Shown here piece after piece: positions 13,697 through 26,630 of a stretch of 64,000 bases of DNA. The notes under the pieces were generated by a model that made no database searches, was not told the DNA's origin, and saw only the letters and a program-made list of their open reading frames with translations. Every line of letters starts with the position of its first letter. The stretch's first letter is position 1. Made by a program: the position numbers and the translations under genes. The stretch is from Leucoraja ocellata (taxonomy: Eukaryota), in assembly GCA_036785375.1 (NCBI GenBank), contig JAWMAR010000133.1:2232001-2296000 (forward strand). Direction: 5' to 3'.

Positions 13697-13999
13697 ATTG
13701 GGGGAGTCCAGAACCAGGGGCCACAGTTTAAGAATAAGGGGTAAGCCATTTAGAATGGAGACGGGGAAACACTTTTTCTCAGAGAGTGGTAAGTCTGTGG
13801 AATTCTCTGCCTCAGAGGACGGTTCTCTGGATACTTTCAAGAGAGAGCTAGATAGGGCTCTTAAAGATAGCGGAGTCAGGGGATATGGGGAGAAGGCAGG
13901 AACGGGGTACTGATTGGGGATGATCAGCCATGATCACATTGAATGGCGGTGCTGGCTCGAAGGGCCGAATGGCCTACTCCTGCACCTATTGTCTATTGT
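13697..13999 (+). mobile_element. CR1 LINE 3' end
   Basis: LGESRTRGHSLRIRG..GYGEKAGTGY plus tail. Confidence 0.85.
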
Positions 14000-14009
14000 G
14001 TCCTTAAGC

Positions 14010-14415
14010 TATATGGTGGCTCGCCACTGCTGTACACATCGTTGCAGTATTGGAGTGTTCAGTGCAAGGTCTACAGTAGTACATGGATTATCCATCAATG
14101 GGCATTGCAGAAGGTGTTGCATTGTCTGGGTCTGTGTGCCAGTCACAAGTTGTTGTACCCTCGATGTAGCCCCATTTGTGCATTGGCACCCTTGACCGCC
14201 CGACCCGGGTCAGCAGTCGGTTGAGACATCTCCAGTTCAGCCAGTGTACATCACCACCTGGTGGTAAGCATCTGCTGCTGGTGTGTGCCCATCTTGGTGG
14301 AAATAGGATCAGCGGCTCGTCCGTTCTTCCACATCTGGAGGCGAGCTTCAGCTGGTGTTGTTTCCAATGGGGTGATGCTTGTTAGGGAGCTCTTACGGGA
14401 TTTTAACCGCATAGG
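14010..14415 (-). mobile_element. Vingi/Ingi-like non-LTR C-terminal fragment
   Basis: RLKSRKS..PPGGDVHWLNWRCLNRLLTRVGRS..HKWGY..TC across frameshifts. Confidence 0.6.
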
Positions 14416-15061
14416 AGGGGGAACGTGGTTGTGTAATGTGGGGTCATTGTGTAACGTGGGGACCTTTGGTGAGCTGAACTCTAACAGGCTGAGGCCGGGC
14501 GCCAGCTCTCAGACACCTCCTCTTACTTATCCTTGGACCATGACGTCAGAAGAAGTGTCTCGACCCGAAACGTTGCCCGTTCCTTCTCTCCAGAGATGCT
14601 GCCTCACCCACTGAGTTACTCCAGCATATTGTGTCTACCTTCAATTTAAACCAGCATCTGCAATCCTCTCTTGCACACCATGACCCCACAGATGAGCACC
14701 AGGTCATAATCTTTTATTTATTTATTTGTGTCTATCTTCAGTGTAAACCAGCATCTGCAGTTCCTTCCTACACAAGATATTTGCATGCAGTGGACATAAA
14801 ACATGCGCAAAACCAATATGCTGCTTTTCCGAATCTGTTAAAGGCGGCATTTTAATGGTTGTATAGAGACAGTGTCTTCTGAACATGCATCTCAATTAAC
14901 CGACATTGCACATAAACCCTTTTAAACCCTTCTTCATCCAATCAACTCAAAAGTTGTTTATTCTTATTTGATCCCATTATACACAATTACATATTTTGCT
15001 TCAAATGTCATGCACAAGTTTTACTTTTTACTTACACCTTTGATAAAAAAAACTTTTTTCC

Positions 15062-15292
15062 CACCCCAGCGAGATGAACATTGACTTTTCTAATTTCAGG
15101 TAGTCCTTACTTTCTCCCTCCTTCCCCTTCCCTTCCCAGCTCTCCCACAGCCCACTGTCTCCACCTCTTCCTTTCTTCTTCCCACCCCCACACCAGTCTG
15201 AAGAAGGGTCTCGACCCGAGACGTCACCTATTCCTTCGCTCCATAGATGCTGCCTCACCCGCTGAGTTTCTCCAGCATTTTTGTCTACCTTC
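15062..15292 (+). mobile_element. Penelope 3' end (matches 46985-47215)
   Basis: PSEMNIDFSNFR* then pyrimidine tract and degenerate hammerhead motif. Confidence 0.8.
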
Positions 15293-15309
15293 ATTCATTA
15301 TATTAGTAA

Positions 15310-15719
15310 CTAGACCAAGTGGGACCCATTGGGTTCCTGTCACAGGGGAGGGCTGGTCCCCGAACGCAATATTCCACCACTCACCCATAGCCCCCAACTG
15401 CGCAGGCGTTACTGACGGGTTCCCATTGTAACGTGAGTTACGGCATCCCTCGCCAAGTGAGACTCGCCTTCCCTCTTCCTACCCCTATCCTCCTCCATTC
15501 CCCCTCATCCCCAGCACTCCCTCCCCCTCCTCTTCACCCTCCCTCTTCATTCCCCTCTCCTCCTCCACTCGCCACTCCCTCCCTCACCTCTCCTCTCCCT
15601 CTCATTTCCCCTACCCTCAGTCACTCCTTCCTTCCCTCCATAACCCTGCTCCCCTCCCTACCCCCCTAGACGTCATTGTGAGGTGGAAGCTGCTGTGTTC
15701 TTTAAAACTGTTTTTTTTA
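15310..15719 (-). mobile_element. Helitron 3'-end fragment
   Basis: Hairpin plus CTAG terminus at 15310, related to 44470-44558; absent from the duplicated copy. Confidence 0.6.
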
Positions 15720-15853
15720 ATTAGTGACTACCTTACATTTATAACTTTGAGTTGTGGCTGCCTTTATTAACATCCTCCAAGGTTAGTGCTTAATAATGTA
15801 GATGTGAAGATTCCCTTTGCATAAAATGAAAAACGTAGCAATCATCAACTCAC

Positions 15854-15965
15854 CAGAGAGGAAGAAAACAACAACAACGGAATTGACAATGGAGAACCAG
15901 TGTATCTGCACGTCACTCATGGTTAAGTAAGTGTCCCAGCGAGATGCCCATTTAATAGGACTACC
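15854..15965 (-). CDS. TM9SF4: TM9SF4 exon 8
   Basis: 112 nt, tttcag|..|gtgagt; [37 protein letters not shown]. Confidence 0.96.
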
Positions 15966-16906
15966 CTGAAAATACAAGTTAATGATTTGGATGTTAACTT
16001 GCTATTGAGCAATTTTAACTTGCCATGACCCCAGGCCAGACTAGTGATACAGAAGTCCATCGCAAGACAACTTGCAGGTCATGTTGACACATGTTCATAC
16101 ATACAAATAAAAGCAGATGTTTTCTAGTGTACCATAAAAGAAATAAAAGATCATCACTGCATAGTTTTGTGGTTCATATTTCTTGAATTTTAAAGACAAA
16201 CTTTAACCCTACGAAACCTCCCAAGCATTTCAAGTTTGGAGTCGGCCTATTAAAAGCAAATGACTCATTTAAATGCAGCGTAAGACCACAAGACATAGGA
16301 GCAGAATTAGGCTATTCGGCCCATCAGGTTTTCTCTGCCATTCGATCATGGGCGATCTATTTTTCCCTCTCAACCTCATTCTCCAGCCTTCTCCTCGTAA
16401 CCTTTGATGCCATTACTAATCTAGAACCTGTAATCTCTGCTGTAAAAATACCCAATGACTTGGCCTCCATAGCCATCAGTGGCAATGAATTCTACAGATT
16501 TACCACCCTCTGGCTAAAGAAATTCCTGCAGAAATATTTAGTTATAAAATCTTTTAGATCCTCGATACCGCTGCATTGCCTAACCCTAATTGCTTTGAAT
16601 ACATCCGAGTGGCTTGGCAACATATTTCAAAGAGTCAATCACATGCTTGTGGGTCAGAAAGATTAAAGATAACGGATTTCATTTCACAAATGACATGAAT
16701 GCACCAAATGCATTTTCACAACAATGCCACCATTAGCTTTACACTTCTCCACAATAGTATTGCATTTAAGTTGTAATTCCCTGCATTTGTGATGAGTTCT
16801 CAGCCCGTGTCTCGAACATTCTTACTGAATCAGTAATCACGATAGATACGAGTCCTACTGCAAGTTGGGTTCCATTAGGATCATTGATCTCGAACAACAT
16901 ACTCAC

Positions 16907-17025
16907 CTCCCAATGGACAGAGTAAGTAAACAGCACATCATTTTCTTTGTTGGGGTCAATTTCTTGGGGAAGTGAGCCGGCTGCTTCAGGCAGGATACAA
17001 TTTCCCTTTTCATCCATTTTTAGAT
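16907..17025 (-). CDS. TM9SF4: TM9SF4 exon 7
   Basis: 119 nt, ttttag|..|gtgagt; [14 protein letters not shown]...[21 protein letters not shown]. Confidence 0.95.
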
Positions 17026-17633
17026 CTAAAAATATGACAATTCAGTTCAATTTTACAATTCAGCATCAATGAGATAATACCCCAAATCAAAATAAGTAAT
17101 GAGGCGAATATTTCACCCACAAAACATTAACTGTGGAGACTGAATTTGGTACAATATGAAGAAAATGCCTAATTTTTTTAAATGTAGACGAAAATGCTGG
17201 AGAAACTCAGCGGGTGAGGCAGCATCTATGGAGCGAAGGAAGTAGGCGACGTTTCGGGTCGAGACCTTTCTTCGGACGAAAGTTTTTTTGAAGTTTTTCT
17301 TCAAATTTTTTGAAGTTTTTTTTAAAAGAGATAGAATGGAAACAGGTCCTTCGGCCCACCGAATCCACATTGACCATCGATTACCCATTCACACAAGTTA
17401 TCCCGCTTTCTCATCCACTCTCTACACACTAGGATCAATTTACAGAAGCCAATTAACTTATAAACCTGTATACATGCTAGTTACAATGCACCTAAATGCT
17501 GAGAACGCACATCTTAATATCATGCCTGCTTATAGATTAGTTTTCTTCTCCAGGATAGCTGCATATTTGAAAGATTTGCAAATCTTAGAAACATAGAATA
17601 ATAGGTGCAGAAGTAGGCCAATGTCATTGACCT

Positions 17634-17972
17634 GGGGCAGCATGAAGGCGCAGCGGTATAGCTGCTGCCTTACAGTGCCAGAGACCTGGGTTCGAACCTG
17701 ACTATGGGAGTTAGTACGTTCTCTCTGTGACCTGCGTGGGTTTTCTCTGAGATCTTCAGTTTCCTCCCACAATCCAAATTTTTCATGTTTGTAGGTTAAA
17801 TGGCTTGGTATAAATGTAAATTGTCCCCAGTGCAGGATAGTGTTAATCTACGTGGATCGCTGGTCTGTGCGGACTTGGTGGGCTGAAGGTTCTTGGTTCT
17901 TGGTTTCTCCAAAATATTCCAAATGGAATTTAAACTGGAGGGTCTGTTTCCGCACTGTATCTCTAAACTAAA
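17634..17972 (+). mobile_element. tRNA-derived V-SINE (HE1-like)
   Basis: A-box-like GGCGCAGCGG, B box GGGTTCGAACC, V-domain GTGGGTTTTCTC..TTCCTCCCAC, CTAAA tail. Confidence 0.8.
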
Positions 17973-18149
17973 AAGCGAAACCCTGTCCCTCTAACCATGG
18001 AAGCTGCCTGACCTGATGCACATTTTCAGGTCACTTATTACTGATTATTCCCACAGTATCAATATCTGGCTCCATACAAACCACTTTTTAAATACCTAGT
18101 TACCAATACACAAAGTAATAGTCAGAAGTCCAGCGACATTTACATTGGT

Positions 18150-18453
18150 ACACGGTGCCTCAGGAAGGCCGCCAGCATCCAGAAAGACTCCTCACACCCT
18201 TGTAACGGACTGTTCGAACTACTTCCCTCCGGCAGACGTTACAAGGCCTCCAGACTCAGAAACAGCTTTATTCCCAGAGCTATAGCAGCTCTGAACCGGC
18301 CCTGCTGAGTGCCCCCCATCCCCCCTGGACTGTCTCCCTCGGATGGTCACGTCGCACAGTTTATTTATTTATTTTATTATTTTTACATCGGTTGGAAGCT
18401 GCATACTAAATCTCGTTGCACTGATGTGCAATGACAATGAAAGATATTATTAT
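18150..18453 (+). mobile_element. Rex1-like LINE 3' fragment
   Basis: RKAASIQKDSSHPCNGLFELLPSGRRY; (ATT)n tail. Confidence 0.7.
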
Positions 18454-18867
18454 TAGGAATTATCAACATGAGCAAATCCACATAACAATGGGATTTAAAG
18501 TTCGATAATATTGTTTGTCACACGACAGTATATTGAAAATAGAATGCAGCTAACCAAGCAACAGAAACGGCCAATATGGCTAACTGTAAAATAACATCCA
18601 ACAAGACTTTTTTCTGAAGATAAGACACAAAAAGATGGTGGTCTAAATTCCTGGAGAAACTTAGCGGGTGAGGCAGCATCTATGGAGCAAAGGAAATAGG
18701 TGACGTTTTGGGTCAAGATCCTCCTTTAAGCAGGTTTACTGCTAATTAATAGCTACAAATGACGAGAATTTGAATCGTGCAGATTTCAGCATTTTTTTTT
18801 GTCGCTGTCTGTCTATGTATTTTGCCACTGCTACACTCCAAATCATATTCAAAAGATATTGACTTAC

Positions 18868-18991
18868 CTTGATATTTAACACTTTGTGGTACGACCTCAA
18901 AGCGAACAACTCTATAGGTCGGTTCCTGGTCTATTTCTATTTCTTCTTTGTGATAATAGACAATGAAAGAGAGATGATTGTGGAGGTAGAA
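18868..18991 (-). CDS. TM9SF4: TM9SF4 exon 6
   Basis: 124 nt, tttcag|..|gtaagt; [14 protein letters not shown]...[16 protein letters not shown]. Confidence 0.96.
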
Positions 18992-19159
18992 CTGAAATAT
19001 AAATCGGCATTGAAGCAAACAGGTTATGTGCTTGATGTAAAACAAACACATCCACTACACACTGCATTCACCTGTACTACACAATCACTATTTATTGTAG
19101 AGCATTTCTTGTTTTCATCATCCAGGGCGAAGCAACTAAAGTGGTTCACTGAGGATTGC

Positions 19160-19243
19160 TATTTAGTCTCCTCCCAGTTGCCCCTCATTGGAAGTGTTAG
19201 TTATTTAGTCTCCTCCCAGTTGCCCCTCATTGGAAGTGTTAGT
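19160..19243. repeat. Perfect 42-bp tandem duplication
   Basis: 2 x TATTTAGTCTCCTCCCAGTTGCCCCTCATTGGAAGTGTTAGT. Confidence 0.95.
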
Positions 19244-19248
19244 TGTAC

Positions 19249-19378
19249 CTTATTGTTGTCAATGAATCCCAGCCTGTAACCATGTTCAAACTGCACTTCC
19301 TTTTCTTTCTTTTTGTCATTGTCTTCAGAATTTGGGTAAAATTCTAATCGCGTTGCAACAGGCAAGTTATCTGCAATC
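19249..19378 (-). CDS. TM9SF4: TM9SF4 exon 5
   Basis: 130 nt, ttacag|..|gtacaa; [14 protein letters not shown]...[14 protein letters not shown]. Confidence 0.96.
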
Positions 19379-20063
19379 CTGTAAGCAGGCAAGTATAATT
19401 CATGCATTGAGAAAGGGAATGCATCGAGCATTAGTTCAACATATCAGACAATGTATAGTCTTAGTTGTCAGATGTGATAAAACAGCAGAAAAGTCTAACT
19501 TTGCCCCTTATTCCCCTAGCCGCTAACCTGTGCCTCTGGTTCGCATTACTAATAATCCGTGTTTTCAAAATATCTCCTAGTTTAAGTAAAGCAGATAATT
19601 TGAGATTATAGAGAAAAAGTATAATTTATAAATTGGAAAAAAAAGGCTTCTTGCTATTCTGATTTTTACCACAATTGTTATGTCAGCTCGTGTATAGATA
19701 AGTTAAATTGAAGAAAATTCTTAATAGGTAATAAATCTCCTCAGACAGCAATAGTACAGGCCTGAAGATTTCAAGTTTGATTTCGGATTGTGCCGAAATC
19801 TGAATGTAATCTTAATTGGGGAAGCACTGATTCAGCACCTGCATCCTCTCCTACTATATAAACATGTACACGAACATATGCACACAGGCCTAAAGGAAGA
19901 GCCCCCGTTCAGACGCTGCACAGTAGAACAACAAACCACCAACAGAGATTCTAATACACATGTCAAGGTTCATTCATGAAACTACAGCATTAACACAAAT
20001 CGTTTTAAATATGTAGATTGCACAGGATCAATATACAGTAAGAATAAAAACAGCTTCACGTAC

Positions 20064-20232
20064 AAGTGAATATAATATTCTTCCCGAATCCTTTCTACGA
20101 CCAGTTTACTGTCAGCTATTTTGAACTTGACAGGTTTGTTTGGCTTGTCACAGAGCACTTCACATTTCTTTTCAACGTTCATGTGCATGTCATAGGGCGT
20201 GTTCACAATCCGATCACCCCTCAACACCTCAC
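20064..20232 (-). CDS. TM9SF4: TM9SF4 exon 4
   Basis: 169 nt, aacag|..|gtacgt; [14 protein letters not shown]...[10 protein letters not shown]. Confidence 0.96.
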
Positions 20233-20734
20233 CTGTTCAGTAAGAAACGCAAGAACAATTACTTCTTTGAGATTCCACCTAATGTTTTTAAATATTTAAC
20301 ATTGCTGATGACAGTGGGCGCGAATAAACCAGTAAAACCGTTATTTCAGCGTTGCTAAGGTAATATACCACTATTCATGTTTATAACATGAAGTGGTACT
20401 GACCTTCTATACCTTTCACCACAGTATGTAATAGTCAAAGACTATTAGAATTCAAATCAGAAACACTTTTTTATTTATTAAGTAGTCAATTAATATTTCG
20501 CTGATGATTCCAATCATGAATAAGGCAATTTTTCTCTGAGGGCTATTTAAACAATAAATAGCGAGCATTATCATTATAAAATTTTACTAACATTAAAAAC
20601 AAACACTTTTTCCAAGGATATCTAGCACTAACAGAACAGAGAAATGTCAGCTGGGCCAGATAACTAACTCCAATGCCAGATCAAAAACCACTTTGGAGGA
20701 GATCAAACTACTAAATTAATAACTTCATTGGATT

Positions 20735-21114
20735 TAAGAAAGAACTGCAGATGCTGGGAAATCGAAGGTACACAAAATGCTGGAGAAACTCAGCAGGTGC
20801 AGCAGCATCTATGGAGCGAAGGAAATAGGCAACGTTTCGGGCCGAAACCCTTTGGGTTTCGACCCGAAACGTTGCCTATTTCCTTTGGGTTTTGAGGAAT
20901 TAGTCCAATGAAGTTACACAAAAATGCTGGAGAAACTCAGTGGATACAGCAGCATCAATGGAGCGAAGGAAATAGGCAACGTTTCGGGCCGAAACCCTTT
21001 GGGTTTCGACCCGAAACGTTGCCTATTTCCTTTGGGTTTCGGCCCAAAACGTTGCCTATTTCCTTCGCTCCATAAATGCTGCTGTACCCGCTGAGTTTCT
21101 CCAGCATTTTTGTG
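20735..21114. mobile_element. Compound Penelope-derived foldback element
   Basis: 15-bp TSD TAACTTCATTGGATT (20720-20734 and 21115-21129). Confidence 0.8.
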
Positions 21115-21423
21115 TAACTTCATTGGATTAATTCGTCATATGTTGCAAAACATACTTGGCAGATCTGATTCTGATTAATAGTATTATTACATTGATAAAA
21201 ATACACATTCATGATGATGGTACAATTAAATGAGTACTTTATTTTCAACTGAAATTATGAAATGCATTAAATGCACACGAGGATGAGGCAGCAAATGTAA
21301 TTTTCTAAAATAGTTTTGCTTGATTGTGCTGCATTTAACACATTGGCCACTTCTTTGACCCACTGGTGGAAAGAATGGCAGGCCAATTTATGTGATAAAG
21401 CAATGAATAGATAATAAACTCAC

Positions 21424-21523
21424 CAAGGTTTTCTGCTTTGTATTCAATTTTGTCCGGCCGACAGAAGGGAAGGGAATAATATTCGTACGGGAGCTGTGTC
21501 CGGGAGCTCGTCAGCTTCACAGC
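21424..21523 (-). CDS. TM9SF4: TM9SF4 exon 3
   Basis: 100 nt, cctcag|..|gtgagt; [33 protein letters not shown]. Confidence 0.96.
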
Positions 21524-21982
21524 CTGAGGTTCACACAGGAAAGGTTCAAGGTTTATTATTAAACCACTCGCATGATTATACGATGACTTATTCTGGTGAA
21601 ACCAATCCCACCCTCTGGACTCAATGATTAATAAGGCAATGCAGAACATATATATTAGTTGAAGAAAAGTGCAGACTTTTGATGCAGATAACAGCAAACA
21701 GTCACCTGATCCTCAATGTCAATATCCCAGCAGCTTGTGGAATCAATCTCCATTGATACCTCTTGATTAAAGATGATTTAACCTTTTTTCCATTCTCTCT
21801 CTCCCCCTCTCATTCTCCCCCCTCTCTCTCCCCTCTCTCCACCGTGCCACCCTGTAACACTGCACAGTGGACATCTCCATCTCTCTGTGCAAGTACATCA
21901 AAAGTAAAACCTCGTTAAAGATTCTGAATCATCGCCATTAGAAATAGGGATGGGGATTACATTAGTGAGACAAATCCAGAAT

Positions 21983-22424
21983 AGGCCCATTCTTAGTCAC
22001 GTGTGTGACCAAAAACATGAAAAATTGTGGAATACATCTCTTCTAATTCTGAGAGCATTACAGGTATATTGTTTTGTACTGTGTATATGATTCTTTTTTT
22101 TAAAAAATAGTTTATCAAATGAAATATTAATGTTATGCTGACAATGCTTGTTTAGGGTCAGGGGTCAAATACGACTGGTCACGTGTGTGACCTCACAGGG
22201 AAGCATTTTTTTTCATAACTCAGTTTTATCTTCCATAAACTCTGGCGAATTTTAAAAAGCTAGAATGTTCATATCGTTAGCAGACACGCATTATAGTTGC
22301 GTAGGTGGGGAAATAGCGATGAATAAGATTCATCTCTTGCAAGATTTTTTTTAATGTATTACTTGATGTGATGCCATTTGGTAACGTGTGTGACATTTGG
22401 GTTCACTTTCCAAAGAATGGCCCA
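21983..22424. mobile_element. Putative non-autonomous DNA transposon
   Basis: Imperfect TIR GGCCCATTCT / AGAATGGCCC; three GTMACGTGTGTGAC repeats. Confidence 0.45.
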
Positions 22425-23304
22425 ATACATGTTCCTGCTCTCTGTAAGAACACGTTTTGCAGCAACTAAGTATACAAAGGAAAACTCCCAGCACTAGATC
22501 CCAACTGTTTCAAAACCGTTTGTTAGCGAGAATTCCAATATTCGCAAATATTCTACAATTCAATTTATTTATGTCATAAAGCCTCGGTTAAAGTATTTCA
22601 AACAGTCATGCCACACCTAAAAAATGCTTGAAGATTGCATCTCAACTACAGGAGGCCAAGGTACGTCAGTGTTCAGACATCACATTTTCTGTAGACGTTC
22701 CCGTCTATGTAAACTTCAAGGCTGCCCAGAGCCACGTGAATGAAGACAATGTATTGCACGCCCCAGAAATGAAGTTCTTAATAATTTAAACGTCAACAAA
22801 CATTCTACCTACCTAGCACAAATTCAAAGCAGAAATATGTTTTTTTTTTAATTTTTAATTTTTTTATTTTAATTTTAATTTATTAGAAGCAAATGTACAA
22901 AAATAGAACCAACGGCATATAAAGTAATACAGTTATTATACAGCTTCAATTTTAACTTTTAGCTATAGACAGTAGAAAAGGAAGGAGAGAAAGCAAGAAA
23001 GAGATAAAGTGAAATGTGCAAAGATTTAACCCCTAGGCTACCAGTGGTGTGGCCTTAGAGTGAATAAATGAAAGAAAGAGAGGAATAGAAAAAATAAGAA
23101 AAATAAAAGGACAAAAAGAGAAAGAAAGAAAAAAGTGGTGATATATATGCCTGCCTCACATCCCTCCCCAGAAATATGTTGAGAAGAAAATCAAATAATC
23201 ATATGCACACTTGTAATGAGCTCTTAACACGGATCATAGAGAGCGACTAGCAATAGCCACATCTTTAAAAGTGAATAATACCGAATGTTATAACAGGTAT
23301 TTAC

Positions 23305-23418
23305 CTTAATTTCCACAGGATGATTTTGATGAAAGTCAATTGGTGCAACACCCGGTACATAAAACGTAGATGAAGTGTGCAGTTCTAAGAGAAGCACCAA
23401 TGGCCAAATTGACATTGC
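23305..23418 (-). CDS. TM9SF4: TM9SF4 exon 2
   Basis: 114 nt, ttttag|..|gtaaat; AMSIWPLVLLLELHTSSTFYVPGVAPIDFHQNHPVEIK (signal peptide plus conserved N-terminus). Confidence 0.95.
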
Positions 23419-23482
23419 CTAAAACAAAAGAATTAAAGCTGGATTAATATCTATCTACTCTACTAAACAATTATTTTCAACA

Positions 23483-23720
23483 GGTAGACAAAAGTGCTGG
23501 AGAAACTCAGTGGGTGCAGCAGCACCTATGGAGCGAAGGAAATAGGCAATGCGTTGGGCCGAAACCTGAAGGAAATAGGCAACGTTTCTGGCCGAAACCC
23601 TTTGGGTTTCGGCCCGAAACGTTGCCTATTTCCTTCGCTCCATAGATGCTGCTGCACCCGCTGAGTTTCTCCAGCACTTTTGTCTACCTTCGATTTTCCA
23701 GCATCTGCAGTTCCTTCTTT
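23483..23720. mobile_element. Penelope-derived foldback element just upstream of exon 2
   Basis: Inverted arms, 2+1 units, imperfect TSD of about 17 bp. Confidence 0.75.
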
Positions 23721-26099
23721 AACAAATTATTTCCAACATGTTTGCCAGTATAAATCAATATTTTGATAAACATTTAATAATGTAAAAACAAGTGGTGCAT
23801 TGGTTAGTGATCAAATACAGAGTGGGTACAGTGGTTAGCACTGTGGCTTCACAGCTCGAGAGACCCAGGCTCGTTCCTGATCGAGCCTCTGGAGTTTGCA
23901 TGTTCTCCCTGCTATAGTTTTCTTCCACATGCCAAAAGATTTGCCGGCTGTTAGGTTAATTGTAAATTGCCTCTAGAGTAGCGTCATGGAAGTTGGGATG
24001 TGCAAGCATGGGTTGGTGGATGGGGATGTGAGATGAATGATGGGCTTCATGTATATACGTGTTTGAAGGTCAACATGTACGGTGTTTAGGTTTGTTTTAA
24101 TTGAGTTTATTGTTATGCAACATTATGTGCTGTGCGTTTCAGCGTTGCAAGACTTTCACTCTCGTTTCCTTCAGTCTCCCCAACACAAACATTCTCTCAC
24201 TTAAGTACCACAATGCATATTTCCCCCCATTTCCAGTTGAGCTTGCAGGAGGAAATGCAGAAAAGTATAGGTATATGGATATGGACAGGTATAAGTATAT
24301 TGAACAGGTATATGGATATGGACAGGTATAAGTATATTGAACAGGTAAATGGATAGGAATGGCTTGGAGAGATTCAGGCCAAATGCAGGTAAATGGGGCA
24401 AGCTTGGATAGGCACCTTAGTTGCATGGAAGAGTCGAGCCAGAGTCAAAAAGTGCAGTATAACTTTCACCCTTAAAACACTGGAACTGCAATAAAACTTT
24501 TGTATGGCACACTTGAAATACATCAACAATTGATCTGCAGTTAGTCCAGCAAGAAATAAGAAGTAAACGTCATTCCCTTATTGCAGGAATAATAAATACT
24601 TAAAGAATACAAAATCAAAAACCTGAACGCACCCGACACATGCCATGCTATGGGACCAATTAGAAATGACAGGCGGAAGAGATCTATTCTCAAAGCTCAC
24701 TGATGATCTCTAGTGGCATAAATCCAGTGGTGCAACATAGAACACCATCTCCAAAACTTCCAACTGAGTTATAATTTCACAATTCACAAATAGAACAGTA
24801 CAGCACAGGAACAGGCACATTACGTCAGTGCCAATTTAAACTGCACATGGTCTATGCACCTCCATTCCCTGTCAATATAAACACATTAATGTTTAATGTT
24901 CAAGAAGGAACTGCAGATGCTGGAAAATCGAATGGAGACAAAAATGCTGGAGAAACTCAGCGGGTGAGGCAGCATCTATGGAGCGAAGGAAATAGGCAAC
25001 GTTTCGGGCCAACGTTTCGGGGGGGGGGGGGGCAGGACGAAGAAACGAAAAGGTGGAGCCAGTGGGCTGAGGGAGAGCTGAGAAGGGGAGGATTAAGAAC
25101 ATTCAGGAAAACACTGAACATTTCAACTCTGTACGTAGGGATCGAATGCAAACTAGGCAACTTCCACTGAGCAGCAATCCATCCTACAATCGACACTACA
25201 ATAGTCCGTATCGGAAATTAAAAACAACAGGGGTGCTCTAAGATTGAATCAAGAGACAATACTGGTTCAAAACTAAGCTAATTTTACTGCCTGACCACAT
25301 ACAAGCTGAAAATATTAATAATGTGACAAATGTCCTACAAAAAAGTGAAATAGGATGCTTAAGAACACAGGCTAAAAGCTAGAGCTGAATTTCATGCACA
25401 AAGCTATCACCTTACATTACATATACTTTACGTACACATTTCTATCTGAAGCAAAGAAGTCGATGCATTAAATCACAGAAGGTACACAAAAATGCTGGAG
25501 AAACTCAGCAGGTGCAGCAGCATCTATGGAATGAAGGAAATAGGCAACGTTTCGGACCAAAACGTTGCCTATCTCCTTCACTCCATAGATGCTGCTGCAC
25601 CCGCTGAGTTTCTCCAGCATGTTCGTGTACCTTCTGAGATTTAATGCATCTGCAGTTCTTTCTTAAATATTAAATCCAGATCAGCTTTGGACACAACATC
25701 CTTCAAGTCTCACACATTTCAGGATGACAGATTGAAATAACATGGTCTATACAACAGTTGGGATAATGTTGATTCACTGGAACGCACCCAAGACACAGAC
25801 ACAGATATAAACAGTTTCAATTGAAGGCTGATTACAAGATGTTCCTCTCAATTCAAAGCTACGCAATGCAATTTGAGTGAAATATTCTCTCCACTGAGAT
25901 ATGATTACAACTTTTTGCAACTCAAACCAATTCCAAGTAAAACATGTTTGGAGATATTAAACCAAAATTATTATTCATGTCAGACAAAATTATTTAAACA
26001 ATTCACTACAGTTTACAAATCACTTTATCCATTTACACTATTCACAAATATTGTTGCCTTTAATCATTATTTAATTATTATATATTATTATTATTATTA

Positions 26100-26630
26100 T
26101 TAAATTTTATTTCCTCGTCATCCGTTATTTGTTCTGTAATAAAATATCCAAGATATTTTACCTTATTACAGACACTAAGATTGTCAAAGAATTTAAAATC
26201 AAGACATTTTGGACATTTATCTTCATTGATTCTACAGATCATAACAGCACTCTTACCAGCATTATAATTGATATTATGTTCCACACCATACAGAGAACAT
26301 ATAGTAAGGAGCTGCTGGAGACCAGCGCTAAATGGACTAAAGACCACAAGATCATGTGCATAGATAATATGATTCAGTAAAATATTACCAATCATGCACC
26401 CGGTATTACACGCTTTCAATTGCCTGGACAGATCATCAATATAAAGATTAAAAAGGACTGGGGACAAAATTCCTCCTTGTCTAACACCATTGCTAACCCC
26501 AAATGGGGCTGAGACCCTATTGCCCCATTTTACTTGCATAGTCTGGTGGGCATACCAGTAAGCCAGGATTCTCACAATCTATTTAGGCACCCTTCTTTGA
26601 CTCAATTTAACAAACAACTTTCCATGAATC
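26100..26630 (-). mobile_element. Non-LTR retrotransposon RT-domain fragment (clade uncertain)
   Basis: GVRQGGILSPVLFNLYIDDL..HIIYAHDLV (YADD mutated)..VKYLG. Confidence 0.8.

Noticed and set aside
17634-17710. tRNA gene
   Set aside because: The A/B boxes belong to a SINE head followed by V-domain and tail
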